From Raillietiella orientalis (lineage: Eukaryota): DNA of 64,000 nt. Under the pieces are notes generated by a model. The model was not told the DNA's origin and made no database searches. It saw only the letters and a program-made list of their open reading frames with translations. Shown one piece after another: positions 1 to 11,334 of this stretch; position 1 is the first letter of the stretch, and every line of letters begins with the position of its first letter. The translations under genes and the position numbers were made by a program. The stretch lies in contig JAYWIR010000002.1 of the NCBI GenBank assembly GCA_036172245.1, positions 1,178,001-1,242,000 of the forward strand. The letters run 5' to 3'.

Positions 1-420
1 TTGCATATAGTAATTTAACAGGTTTTGATAAAATCTGGAAGGTTTTTTCAGCCCATTCATAAAGCGGTTCACCTCTATGACCATTGGCATATAATGTCAT
101 AACTACTTCACCAGCTTCAACTTTTCCACCATTTTTTCTATTTGGATAAATTCCTATCATCTGACCAATTGCCTCCCTCTTCTTTTGTATTTCTGTTAGC
201 AAATAAACGAACTGCTAACAATCCAAATTCATTAGTTCATTAGTATTTAATAGTTGTATTTAGACATTACGTGTTGTTTTAGCTTGAAGTTTTCAGTTCT
301 CTTTTTGGTATTCAACATGAAATCAAGATTATCCATAGGATCTATCAAAGATAAATCTCCATCCTGTTCTTTGAGAAAGTGCATTAAATATTCTAGTGCT
401 CTATATATTTCTAATGCTGT
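1..420 (-). pseudogene. Decayed C-terminal fragment of a bacterial-type pyrimidine-nucleoside/thymidine phosphorylase (pdp/deoA-like)
   Basis: Manual translation across frameshifts gives ALEIYRALEYLMHFLKEQDGDLSLID...KLQAKTT...NTNEFGLLAVRLFANRNTKEE / AIGQMIGIYPNRKNGGKVEAGEVVMTLYANG. This follows the PYNP C-terminal pattern ALEKF..FI.AQGGD...E.GL..M.LGAGR.TKED.ID..VGI.L.KK.G.KVE.GE...TLYAN. AT-rich, frameshifted, runs to the window edge. Confidence 0.6.
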
Positions 421-2438
421 GTGGCTCTGAGGACTTCTTTAGATGTTTTCAAAATGACCTAACAAATTGTCATCAAACAAATTGATCTTCCTGGCAATCA
501 TTGTCTTATCAGGGTGCCAATTTTCTTCAATGGCTTGTGGAGCAAACGGAGAACAGTTCTTTGAGGTCAGAATTGAAAATGCATCCGTCGGCGTCCTCCT
601 CTTCCAAAAAGGTTTCTTCTTCCACGTCTTTTTGTTGTTGATCGTGATGATGTTGAAGTCGTTCCGTGTCGAGTTCGGTATTGTGATCATCTATTAATTT
701 CCTGTACATCCTCACCTGGAATCCCATATCTCTACCCAAACACACAATTCCATTTTCGACAGACTGTTCTTCAGAACTCTCTATTTCTCTGACTGAAATG
801 CAATCTGGTCAGAGTTTTTTGCAAGCAAAAAATTCCATTGCTTCTATACCATAACGATGATCCTTAAGCGACGGAGGATGCTGTAATGCTCCTTTCGAAA
901 TTCCTTAAAAGTGAGTTCTGTGTCACTGGTTATTTTCAGAGCATTTTTGAAACATGGCCTTTGTGTACAGGTTTTTCAAGTATGAAATGGCTTGCTGGTC
1001 CATGAGCTGAACGAGAGAAGTGGTATTGGCCAGCAACAACTTCATCTTGATCAAACTAGATTCATCCATTGAATGTTGTTCTAAAATTGGAGGATGAGCA
1101 GGAGCGTTGTCCCTCAGTCGAAGAACTTTTAAGAGTGGATTTCTTTCAGTGAGATGAAGCACTTTCTGCAGGAGGAAATTTTTCATGAATCCGCTCTGTG
1201 GAAAACTGTCGGTTAACTCACGCCTTCGGGTTGGCCGTCCACGTAACTTCCAAGCTGCTCTTTATTACACCTTCCTTTGAAACGTGCGTGGATTTTCAGA
1301 ATAGCGAACGAGCAAAGGCTTTATCTTGCAATCCCCACTAGCATTACCACAAAGAAATAAGGTGAACCGATCTTTCATCTAGGTTTCTGCCCCTGTGACG
1401 TCTTTTCTTCTTTTGTAATATACGTCCTCTTGGGCATTCCTTTCCAAATAAGACCTGCTTGATCACGATTCAAATCTTGTTGAGATGCAAGTCCTCCACT
1501 GTATAGAAACTGCTTAAATCCTCTTCCAAAATTGTTGGCTTTCTCTACGTGGGCACTCGCAGCTTCGCAACGCATCACAGCGCTGTTCATCGCAGTTCCT
1601 TTTTGGAATTGATCGAACCAGCCCGCACTTCCTTTAAACTCCTCATTTTCAGTACCGGTTTCAAGTGTGCGTTTCTTGAGTTCACTATGCAGATCCTTGG
1701 CTTCCTCACAACTGATTCTCTAGGTGATGATGTCACCAGCTATTCTCTTCTCATGTATCCACACCAGAAGGCGTTTCTTCATCTCTTCAATAACATGTGA
1801 TCTCCTGGAGGTCAACCGTGCCGCACCTTCATCCACATCCACTGCTCTTATTGCCTCCTTATTCTTGAGAATGTTTATCTTATCGTTGACTTTGGCATTT
1901 TCAACATCGCTAAACATTTGAAACAAACGTGTACCACTTTCTTGTTTTAAAGTGATTTCTTTTTTCACCCCAATTGCCGCTGCTGCAAACTTTCTTTGAC
2001 GTTTCTTTCTTTCCACACTTTCGGATGCCATGGTTAATGAAGAAAAAGATATCAAAAATTAAGGGAAGTGTGCATCAAACGAACGTACCGCGCAATAACC
2101 GGAGTGCGTAATGCAGGGGGTGATGAATACTGTAGTAGCAAGTGGAGAAGGTTCGGCGGACGTACATTGCATCAACTCTATGTACGTAAGCGAGGGGATG
2201 CAACCTGCGTTCACTTGACCTCACTTGAATGCAGATGCAACGCGTCTACGCCGTAATACCAGCGCTTGCCATTGCTGTGTGCATGCATGTAAGTGACATA
2301 CGTTATCTAATTTGTTTCCCTTGCCAATTTGTGTCAACCCTCAGAATCTGGACCATAGTTCGGACTCCGAATCCAATTTTAGCGCTGGAGCTCTGCAACG
2401 CTCGAAGTTGGAAGCGTTCGAAGTACGGGGCACCACTG
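421..2438 (-). mobile_element. Tigger/pogo DNA transposon, decayed transposase with one TIR
   Basis: CENP-B-type HTH (1720-2055, EMKKRLLVWIHEKRIAGD). DDE_1 motifs at 1375-1590 (NRDQAGLIWKGMPKRTYITKEEK) and 923-1186 (DNAPAHPP...ANTTSLVQLMDQQAIS). Typical C-terminus at 439-690 (HPDKTMIARKINLFDDNLLGHFENI). Many stops and frameshifts. Confidence 0.9.
2402..2438 (-). repeat. Putative 5' terminal inverted repeat of the Tigger element
   Basis: Minus strand reads CAGTGGTGCCCCGTACTTCGAACGCTTCCAACTTCGA, a pogo/Tigger-style CAGT... terminus upstream of the transposase start. The partner TIR was not found. Confidence 0.6.
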
Positions 2439-2444
2439 CACCAC

Positions 2445-2585
2445 ATTATTTTGCTAGACCATCAACAGTCAACTCGAACTGCTCCTGGCAACCAGTTATG
2501 TTAATGCACACATAAGACACCAAGTTTATACCTTGAAAGTGGACAACATTTGGCATTTCTTTACTCACTTTCCACGCTTTAAACA
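2445..2585 (+). mobile_element. 3' UTR fragment of a Utopia/NeSL-like retrotransposon
   Basis: CTGGCAACCAGTTATGTTAATGCACACAT...GTGGACAACATTTGGCATTT aligns by eye with the minus-strand 3' UTRs at ~2725-2812 and ~9865-9965. Confidence 0.55.
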
Positions 2586-2719
2586 ACACAATAGAGGAAT
2601 ATTTATTTTTTTTACCTTTGAAGCGTCGCTGCTGGTTCGGAAAGAGGAGAGACTTCCTTAGACTCCTTCTTCCGTGCCTGGAACGACGGGTTCCCTGATT
2701 GGATTCACGGGAATGATGC

Positions 2720-3000
2720 TTCAGTAAATGAATGAAAAAATGCCAAGTGTTTGACCACCTCCAACATCTATGCGTTATCTCTGATGCGTGCATTCACATA
2801 ACTCGTTGCAGGAAAACTCTGGACTATACTTCACACTTCTGTGTCCACTTGGGGTACTCTTCGCTCTTCTTCAGGAAGCTTCCTCACTCCGTGGCTCTCG
2901 TATGGTGGGAGAAGATTGTCTGGATTCTCCGGCTGGCTGTCGGTTTTGCTCACGACGTGGGTTGCATAGATATGACTGGAGCACCGCTTACACACAGCTA
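2720..3000 (-). mobile_element. 3' end of a Utopia/NeSL-like (REL-endonuclease) non-LTR retrotransposon
   Basis: Clear nucleotide similarity to 9950-10160. Encodes MVAVCKRCSSHIYATHVVSK, homologous to MVATCNRYSSGIYAVHVARK of that copy. Confidence 0.7.
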
Positions 3001-3002
3001 CC

Positions 3003-4040
3003 ATGAATGAGCTGAGAGACTGCAACCTAACAACGGATAGAACATGGCGTCCGTGGACGTCCCCTGCATTGGTACTTTGTAAAGAAATCCAAAGAGAAAA
3101 TACCCAAGAAGCAGCGGAGAAGGAAGAAGCGGAGAGGGAAGAAGACACGTTAGTAGCAATAGTAGGCGAGGTGCTCCTAATAAAGGAAAGAGAGGAAGGC
3201 GGATTTTTTGGCAATGTGGAAGCAATTATAGGTCCTCTGATTGAAGATCCACTGAAGGTAAACACGGAAAATGGGCAACTACAGCCTACTTACATCGACT
3301 ACAAAGAGTGGTGTGATTCCGCGTTTCCTGTGAGCCGTCATCCCCCAGACACAGTTGCTGAGGAGAGCGAAAAAGAACAACCACTGGACGCCGCGAGCAA
3401 AATCGAAGCACTACAAAGCATAGGGGAACCCAGAGGTAGAAAAAGGAGAATGGATATGGAAACGGAGCTATTCTTTCAAGTTCAGGAAAGGGTGAATCCA
3501 TCTCCAGAGGGTGCGGAATGGAGACACGCCTCGCTAGGAGGACCTGCATGCGGCATGTCAGCGTAGGAAACGAAAATTCAAAAAATACTCAAAGTAAGAA
3601 TAGGAAAATTGAGAGGAAAGAAGCCGAGGATTGATCCAAAAGACAAATCCTCAATCCAGAAATTGTATATTGTATGAACAGAAGAAGAGCAGTTCGAGCA
3701 ATTCGAGGTCAGTAGGACCAAACTTGAAAGTTGGTGGTTTTGATGGTAGAAGAGCATTTGGAAAAGGAGTTTGGAGATCAAACACACATCCCACCAAGAG
3801 CTTTCCTAGAAGATACTGTTGAGAAGAAGGCAGGCAGCATCTGCAATACACCTATCTCCAGTTACCCAATAGGACGAAGCGGCGATAATGCGAAGTGCCG
3901 AAAACCACTCCCCTGCAGAAGATGGATGCTGGAAGGAGAAGTATAGATCCAGAGGAAGAGCTGCTCACCAAAATGCTTAACATTTTGAAAGAATTTCGTC
4001 GAGTTCCAGAAGCCCGGCGAACAACAGTAAACCAACTCTG
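3003..4040 (+). mobile_element. Utopia/NeSL-like ORF fragment (pre-RT region to RT domain 1)
   Basis: RIDPKDKSSIQKLY..MNRRRAVRAIRG matches the YDP..ASRIQKLY..NR..AVR.I motif. Downstream SAENHSPAEDG...IDPEEELLTKMLNILKEFRRVPEA corresponds to RT domains 0/1. Frameshifted. Confidence 0.7.
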
Positions 4041-4149
4041 AAATCAGCTAAAATCCTACTTCTTCCTATTACTCCGCTCCGCTTTCAATCGGAAAGGTCT
4101 ACGTCCGTGTCTGCTGATGGGACTGGGGCAGGGCAGAGACAGGTCGTGA

Positions 4150-4750
4150 TGGGTGCAAGAAATGGGGATTTCGTTCCGGGCACGTCAACGCTGCCACCTT
4201 CAGCGCTCCAACTCACCCAACACTGCTGCAGTCGTCGAAGCTGCCTGACGAGTCGAACCTGTCGTTTTTACTTCTTGGAAGACACATAGAAGGCTGCAAA
4301 CACCTTTGCAAACGATGTGGCTTTTCAAGCTTCGATGGAAATATTTGAAATTTGGCAATTGGGAAGGTCACATTTGCAGTCAGCAACTACAGTTTCTTGT
4401 TCATCCGGTCAAGATCCAGCGGATGGACAGAGAGCAGTAACAGGCACGCGTTTTGTTCCGTAGAAATACCATTTTTTTTTTTGCTCAAGGAAGGATTCAA
4501 CGTTCGCAAATACCGATAGCTGAAATGATCATAATTTTGTTTTGAAGATACAGGCAATCTCAAAAGAATTTATCACAAGGCATGTCGAAGCGCACCCTCG
4601 TACCAGTCTGATGCTTTCCAATAATACATCCTGGAAGCTGTTTCCAAAAGATGAGTTTGTAGTTTGAGCGAAAGCGAATGACGGTTTCCGCGGTGTGAGG
4701 CACTTGTACGCACTAGCACACGAAACTAATTGGTTCATCCTCACCTGTGA
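4150..4750 (-). mobile_element. Possible hAT transposase C-terminal remnant
   Basis: Weak motifs only (IFKTKL; K.KR.RL after a CE.GFS-like segment); very decayed. Confidence 0.25.
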
Positions 4751-4759
4751 ATCATGTAC

Positions 4760-5365
4760 ACTGCGATTATATATTAACATATGTCCACATGTATATCTTT
4801 ATCTATAAGTTTGTCCATATATACATCTATATGTATATCTATATCTGTATCCATATCTATATGTATCTACATCTATTTGTATACGTATCTCTACATCTAT
4901 GTATGGAAGTATTTGTATATCCATATGTATATGTATTTCTATGTGTACATGAATATGTTTATCTATATCGACATCTTCGTCTACATCCATATTATATCTA
5001 CATCTATATTTCCATCTATCTGTAGACATCTATATCCTGTTATCTACACGTATCCGAATATGTGTGTATGTTTAGATAGATAGATAACTGTTATATAGAT
5101 ATAGGTAGATACGTATAGATGGATAGGTATGAATAGATACATACATAGACAAACACGTATACAGGAACATACGTATCGAGAGACATAGATAGAAAGATAA
5201 AGATTGATGTAGATATACAGATATAGAAATTGGTAGATAGATGTAGACTGTTGGATGGATAGATCGATAGATAGATAATATGGATTAATAGATAGAAGAA
5301 TATATATATATTGTGGGCCTCAAAAAAAATGAAAACGCACGCTTCTGATCTATGGATATGCATAC
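4760..5365. repeat. Degenerate AT-rich simple repeat (ATCT/ATAC/ATAT) with an internal strand switch
   Basis: TATCTACATCTAT-type units up to ~5050, then the reverse-complement ATAGATGTAGATA-type units from ~5070. Confidence 0.9.
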
Positions 5366-5449
5366 ATTTCTGTGTAGATTCGTATGGGAATTTATTTTAA
5401 CATGCATATTCATTAATGCACATTTGATGTGTGTTGATATCTTTTATTA

Positions 5450-7800
5450 ATATATGGACTCACGACAGCATTCGTTATGCGTAGAATCAACATACATTAA
5501 ATAAGTACGGGAACGTCCAATTGGAAAAAGGAAAAAGAATGTATGCAATGGAACACGGTGGGAAAAAACAAGAAAGCGAGCCAATTTGATAGACAATATA
5601 GGAATGTGTCATTTGCAGCAGTCCATGAATGACGCTGATCAAGGGAGGCGAACGGGATGGTAATTCGGCTACCTGACGTCGTCCGGTTCTCAGCGAAGTG
5701 TACACGTACGCAGCTGACCCTGCATGCAACACCACGGGCAGCGGTGTTCGGAAGCGCTCTTCTGTTCGAGTGCAGCCCCGCCAGCAAGGCCAAAGCCCAC
5801 TCGTAGGAACGGGCCCGAACGAATGGCGTCTTGCAGCTCCAACTACAAAGTGTAGAAATCTTCAGAGGAAGCTAGCTTTGCAGGCTACTGGTCCACAGAA
5901 AGGGAAAGTCGGTTTCCTTGCTCCCTGACCTCCTTTCGAGGTTTTCATGGTTTCCCTGAGAATAAAAAAAAAATTCCCTGTCCTGGAGGCTACGTGGTCT
6001 CGTTTGCTTGTGGATAGACTCAGTGACAACATGCAGGAATGAACGTTTGATGCGAAGTCTGCACTTTCCATGGTGCCAGGGACATCTTGCCAGGAGTGGC
6101 GCTTGTTTCTTGCGGGACGACGCCAGAGGCGGCTAATTCGCTCGCCGGCGGGTTCCCGAGCGAGCGGAGCGTTTGGGAAAACCAGGCGCGGTTCGAATGG
6201 CGACTTTCGGATCCCTTCCATATGTTCTCCACTTCGAAGTGTTCTTCGAGCAGTGGCGACGAGAGACCCAGCTCGCCAGCAGTGAAAGAGGTAAGTCCGA
6301 ATGCGAAGACGGATTGGTGGACACAATTTGAAATGGGGATGGCGTCGTCGTATGAAGGGCGGCGGCGGGTAGACCTGGAGCCGCTTCCAAATGAGTGGCG
6401 GCCGCAGAGAGTGGCAATCTCTCTGGGTGCTTCGGAGCCGCAGGGGGCGGCAACTCCTCAGGAGAATTGTCGGCCACAGGAGATGGTGGCGAATCCGGAA
6501 GCGTGACGGCCTCAAGAACTGGGGCCGCTTTCGGTTGCGTGGAGGCAGCACGAAGTAGCGGCAGACCTGCATCCGTGGACTGCGCGTTCTATTGCAGAGG
6601 AAGCCGGTCGACCGTTCCTGACTCCCTGTTGCCGTCACTGTGGCCACCTGTGTCTCGAGCCAATGTTGGTATGCACACGGCAGACGGAAGGTGTCCACGC
6701 ACCAAACTGGTGCCTGATGAGAAGCAATGGTCGCCCTGAGAATGTTATGCTGACTGTGGGACACCGCTTCAATGAGATTTGCCGCCCTCGCAAAGAAAGA
6801 TGTACGGCAGCGGTGGCGGAGACTGCAGCACTTCGGCTGCAGCGAGGAGAGGCTGCGGGACGGCGGCTCGCAACTTCAACTCATTAGCCAGCTTCGACGA
6901 CTGCAGCAGCGAGAGTGGCGGCTCTTTTCTTCGATAGTATGCCCTGCCATCCCGCATGACTGCCACCAAGAGGAGCATGGCAGGTTCCTGCGGCGGCTAC
7001 TTCTGTGCCGAGCTCCTCAGCTTCCCCGACGGGGAGCTGCGAAAGAATGAAGTAACGGCTCCTCGGATTCCCAGTTGAAGCGTGGGCTGGAAAGTGGGGC
7101 GCGCGTGTCCACGAGAGGCTTCGCGCGTTCCCACAAACTCGGATGCGCGAATCCTCGCGTAGAGACGGCAAAGGCTGATGCCTGCTGATTGGAGAGATGG
7201 TGCACGCATTACCGTTTGCAGTTTTGCGGAATGCACTGCAAAGGTGATTTCAGGACTTTGCTGTCCCGAATCAGTATCATGTTCCGAGAGGAGTGTCCTG
7301 CTCCTTCGCGACGCTGATCCGAGTGCTTTCTCTGGAAGTACACATTGCGAAAGTCGTGAAGTGAGAGCACACTTCGGAAAAGTTCCCCCCTGCCGCGGTT
7401 CGAATCGGAGAAACCATGGCTTTGCAAGAACCGCGGATGGGCTGATTTGTTTTTTACGAGGCACTCCGTTTCAGGTGGCACATGCCACGCTGCGCCGTTT
7501 CCCTCAGGAAAGCGGGTGCTCTTCAGGTTTTTTCGTCCACCACCGCTTCCGCGATCCGAGCGCACGTCGCAAAGATGCGTTCCGCCGCGTTCCGAATTCC
7601 TCTTCCACACGCGTCAGCCAGCAGCCACCTTCCACACACAAAGTTGCATTCCGACTCCTCGAGAGAAGATGCGCTGACCTCACTCCCATTTCAGTCCGAG
7701 TTCAACTGATGCAAGAGGCTTCTTACAATGTCCACCCTAGAAAGATTGAAATTGCGAGGCCATTTAAACTAGTGATCGCAAGCACCGATGTTATTTCTAA
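5450..7800 (-). mobile_element. Internally deleted Utopia-like non-LTR retrotransposon (5' region + N-terminal Zn-finger-like motifs + REL C-terminus, no RT)
   Basis: C-terminus LHFVVGAA...AYVYTSLRTGRRQ (5670-5860) matches the PFVVGALG...RDIY.EHITGHRQ ending. N-terminal remnants are TSLVR(G)HL and HLEAAPGL...IVSTNPSSH (6250-6800). GC-rich 5' region to ~7800; T-rich 3' UTR and AATAAA near 5445. Confidence 0.55.
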
Positions 7801-8212
7801 TTAGCAACACTTGTGTCATGTTCCAAGTTTTTTACAAGTCATAGGATATGATTCCTTTGCTAGGCGATACCTTTCCCTTTTTCTTTCTATTTTTCTGTAT
7901 TATTTACTGAATGCATACATGAGATGAATATTGCTTGCAGGCATAATGTTTATTCGCACTACATCATTGGTATTAAGATTACTAATTCTCTAAATGGCTC
8001 AGTTCCATCTATACGAAAGAGAGAGAAAATCTACCAAGTAAGAACACCATCGGAAGACACTGATATGAAAACATATCAAAAGACATGAGATGCAACCTAT
8101 GTAAGCATTTCGGCTTTTCGTTTAAAAGTTTTTCCTTCTCTTTAATCTGTTAGGTCCATTTGCTTACAGTTCCCCATCTTCAGCTTAGTATGTCTACTTG
8201 TCGTGCTTAGCT

Positions 8213-8246
8213 CACTTTGATCTTAGCCAAAAGGCCGAGAAGCGAT
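8213..8246 (-). ncRNA. U2: U2 snRNA 5' fragment (nt 1-34), truncated or interrupted
   Basis: Minus strand ATCGCTTCTCGGCCTTTTGGCTAAGATCAAAGTG is identical to the arthropod-type U2 5' end. It diverges within the branch-point recognition motif GTAGTA; no Sm site or 3' half was seen in the window. Confidence 0.9.
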
Positions 8247-9864
8247 TAGTACAAACAAGTATTTTCCGTGAAAACGGCAAGATAAACGGCATCTCCAATT
8301 CTTAGGTTAGGAGTTCAAAACATATCTACATAAGTTGAGCTGCTCGAATATTATCAACGTCGTTTGGTCCAGATTCCCGTTTCTTTGAGGTTTCAGGCAA
8401 GACTGAAAACGAAAATGTAGAGTGACTAAAAAATTCATACTAGGTGATCAGCTGATTAATGAATGCTAATCTACGTGAACGTGCCATTTACCATGAAGAA
8501 TGTTTCATAGCAGAATTGCTTTAAATAGTTGCTTGAAATGATTGTACTTGGGAATCTGCTAGCTTATGAAAACGTCCTCAATTTGTGCTGAGATGCAAAC
8601 CAAGTAATAGTACTCCCCCCTTTCACTTATTTTTCACAAATTTATTTATACTACCACATCTTCGAACAAGGATCCACAAAGAATTAGCAATGCTATTAGC
8701 TAAAGTGCAAAGTATGACATGAACATGCTTCCGTTTGTAAGCATATGTTGGATGAAAGAGTCCTGCAGCAAACCCAAAAAGTCCTTTTTGTATTCATTGC
8801 ATACATTTTGCATGCATAGCAGACAGTGAATTTTTGAGAGTTCCTTATCCATTTTGATTCAGTCAACTTTGAAAATTGACGGTAGGAAAAAGGGAAAATT
8901 AATGGCACCAAATACGTCAGCGTTATAGCAGATAAATACATCATAAGTCTTTAAACATACAGTGTACATTATTATTCGAAATTTAAGCTGATTTTTCAAT
9001 GTTTAATTAAATTTCAATGGGATCAAAATTCAGACATGCTTTATTAAAAATCCACTAGTTATGTTTTGGCTTTTTGAAATTTTCATATGTTTAAGGATAT
9101 TACACCGTTTTAAATTGATTAAATCAATTCGCTATTTTTATTCGTTGAAATTCCTTAAAAGAATTTAATTCAGATATTGAAACCGTCTTCAATTGCTTAA
9201 ACGGCAAAGAAACCAATAGTGGGTAAAAAGATACAATCAGAATCGACAATCTTCCGAGTTGTATAGTTCTCATTTAATAGGAATTATTCAATCAGTGCAA
9301 AAACATGGGATCCTTAAAAAAATATGGGATTAAGAATGGTGAAATGTTTCATGAATATAGATCTTAGGGTAGTCATCTGAAAGGAAAGCTTTTTCTGCCA
9401 CTCTATTCTTTCTTCTCTGTCATATTCCTCTGTTGAAAAGAAAGAATAAGCGTATTTCATAAAGTAGAAGTTGAATTGTGAATTCTAAGCTTCATGATTC
9501 TACTTTCAATTAACATATTTCAAATTATATTATCTAATTAAGGTATTTCAAATCTGGAAACAAAAACTGCAACTGATGCTTTCCGATGCTTTCTGGAATA
9601 CACTTAAAATCACTACTTTCATTTGCTGGAAATTATTTATGTATTTATAAGATGAATACAGAAATGGTAATTTTAAGTAATGTCTTAGACAAAGGACTGT
9701 CACAGCTCTGAAATGAAATCAAATGTCTGAGAATGAAAAGCATTGGTATATATCTCAGTTTTCAAGTAATCAATCATGCCGAAACTGGTTTAAAATAAGC
9801 AATGTACTCATCAAAAGAAAGACTGAGATGATTGAATCCATATTTCTTCTTTGATGTATGCTTC

Positions 9865-11330
9865 AGCTAAAATACCCAAGATTCCCTGGGGTTTACACAT
9901 CAACATGCTTTACAGTACCTGAAACTTCATTGTGGTTAATGTGTGAAATTACATAACTGGCTGCAGGGGGACATTCTTCCTGTACATTCTTTCGCTGTTG
10001 CTGTTCTGTTCCTTCGGGGCGCTCCTCGCTCCCTCTTTATGGTGCTTCCTCCGCTTGCTCCCTTTAGTACGGTGGGAGAGGATCGTGTGGATTCTCCAGA
10101 TGGCTATCGGCTTTCCTTGCGACATGGACTGCATATATACCACTTGAGTACCGGTTACACGTAGCCACCATCTGTTGCCTCAGTTGCACTAGCTTCTTTT
10201 TTGGTATTCCTATAGCTTGTAATACTTCTTTACCAGGATGCCCTGCTCCCAGAGAGCCAACGATGAACGCATGTACTTTGTTTTGTTTTCCACCTTTTCC
10301 CAGTTGCATCGCTAAGTCCTTGTATTTTCCTTCCTTGATCTTCTTGGCTGTGCTGAACGCCTCTTTTCCATTTTCGTATGGGCATCAGACGTCTAGCACA
10401 TATCCGGTTTCCTTTTTGCATGACCAGATCCGGTTTTAGGCTGGAAGTTCTTCCTAGCACTCTCTGGCTTCCTCACACACGACTCCACTTTGCTTCATTC
10501 ACTGCGGCCTTCCTGATTATTTCTTGAATCGCGTTGTGGAGTGCCATGATTAGAGGAACGTGTTTCTTGCATCTATTGAGACATCACGTGAGACAACGTT
10601 TCGTCTTCTGTCCCACAACGACGACATATGCGTTCTTCTGTTTTTTTTGTCGGCCTATCGTTGATAGACAATAGGTTGAATCTTGCTGTGTGAATGTACT
10701 TGCAATCCTAGAATCTTAGGTGGTATCCATTAGTGTGGAAAAAGCTTGAAGCATGATGCATGTCCACACACTGCATGGCATTACCTTGACTAATGTGATT
10801 TTGGATTAAGGATTGCCATTCGTGTTCCCTTTGCAGTGTTCTCACGCCAGAAGTAAGGTATCTTCTCGTGCTGCTGGTGAAGATGACGCCGTCGACCGTA
10901 ATACTCGGTTCTCCATCTTTGAAGTTCCAGCGGGCTTTCGCTCGTTTAAAGGCCTTCCTTCCTTTTGACCAAAGGCTTTCTGTATCGTTGCCGGATTGTG
11001 TGATTCTCCTGTATGAAATCTCGGTCATGAATTCCCCGGGATTTCCATTTGTCAGGGCTTCGCGGATTCTTTTTTGGACCACTTCACCTAGAGTTTCATG
11101 CGCCAACCTTTTTACCACATTGTCCCTCGAGGTAAGTAACTTGAAGCAGCTATCCATGGTAAACATGTCAGACTCGTTAGCTAGCTTCATCAGTTCTAGG
11201 CAGATTACGAAAGCTTCTCTCCTCGTAAAGGTATTCGTTGGCTGTCCAGGATGGGAGGTGCAAAGCCTTCTTGATGGGGAAGAAGAAGGTTTTGATTGCA
11301 TCCATCTTCTGCCATCCCGATAGTTCACTA
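9865..11330 (-). mobile_element. Utopia/NeSL-like retrotransposon, 5'-truncated (post-RT, CCHC, REL endonuclease, 3' UTR)
   Basis: ORF 10708-11328 contains DSCFKLLTSRD...SLWSKGRKA...QGNAMQCV...SSFFHTNGYHLRF. Downstream are IHTARFNL, LHNAIQ, LKPDLV and AFIVGSLGA...MVATCNRYSSGIY, all hallmark R2-group REL motifs. Confidence 0.85.
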
Positions 11331-11334
11331 TCTA

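Noticed and set aside
4747-5363. Tyr/Ile-rich ORFs
   Set aside because: Translation artefacts of the simple repeat.
7800-8212. Spliceosomal intron interrupting an intact U2 gene
   Set aside because: A donor-like GTGAGC exists, but the remainder of U2 was not found downstream in the window.
9760-9835. C/D box snoRNA on the minus strand (TGATGA...CTGA)
   Set aside because: Short box spacing and no guide sequence I can match to rRNA; likely chance in AT-rich DNA.
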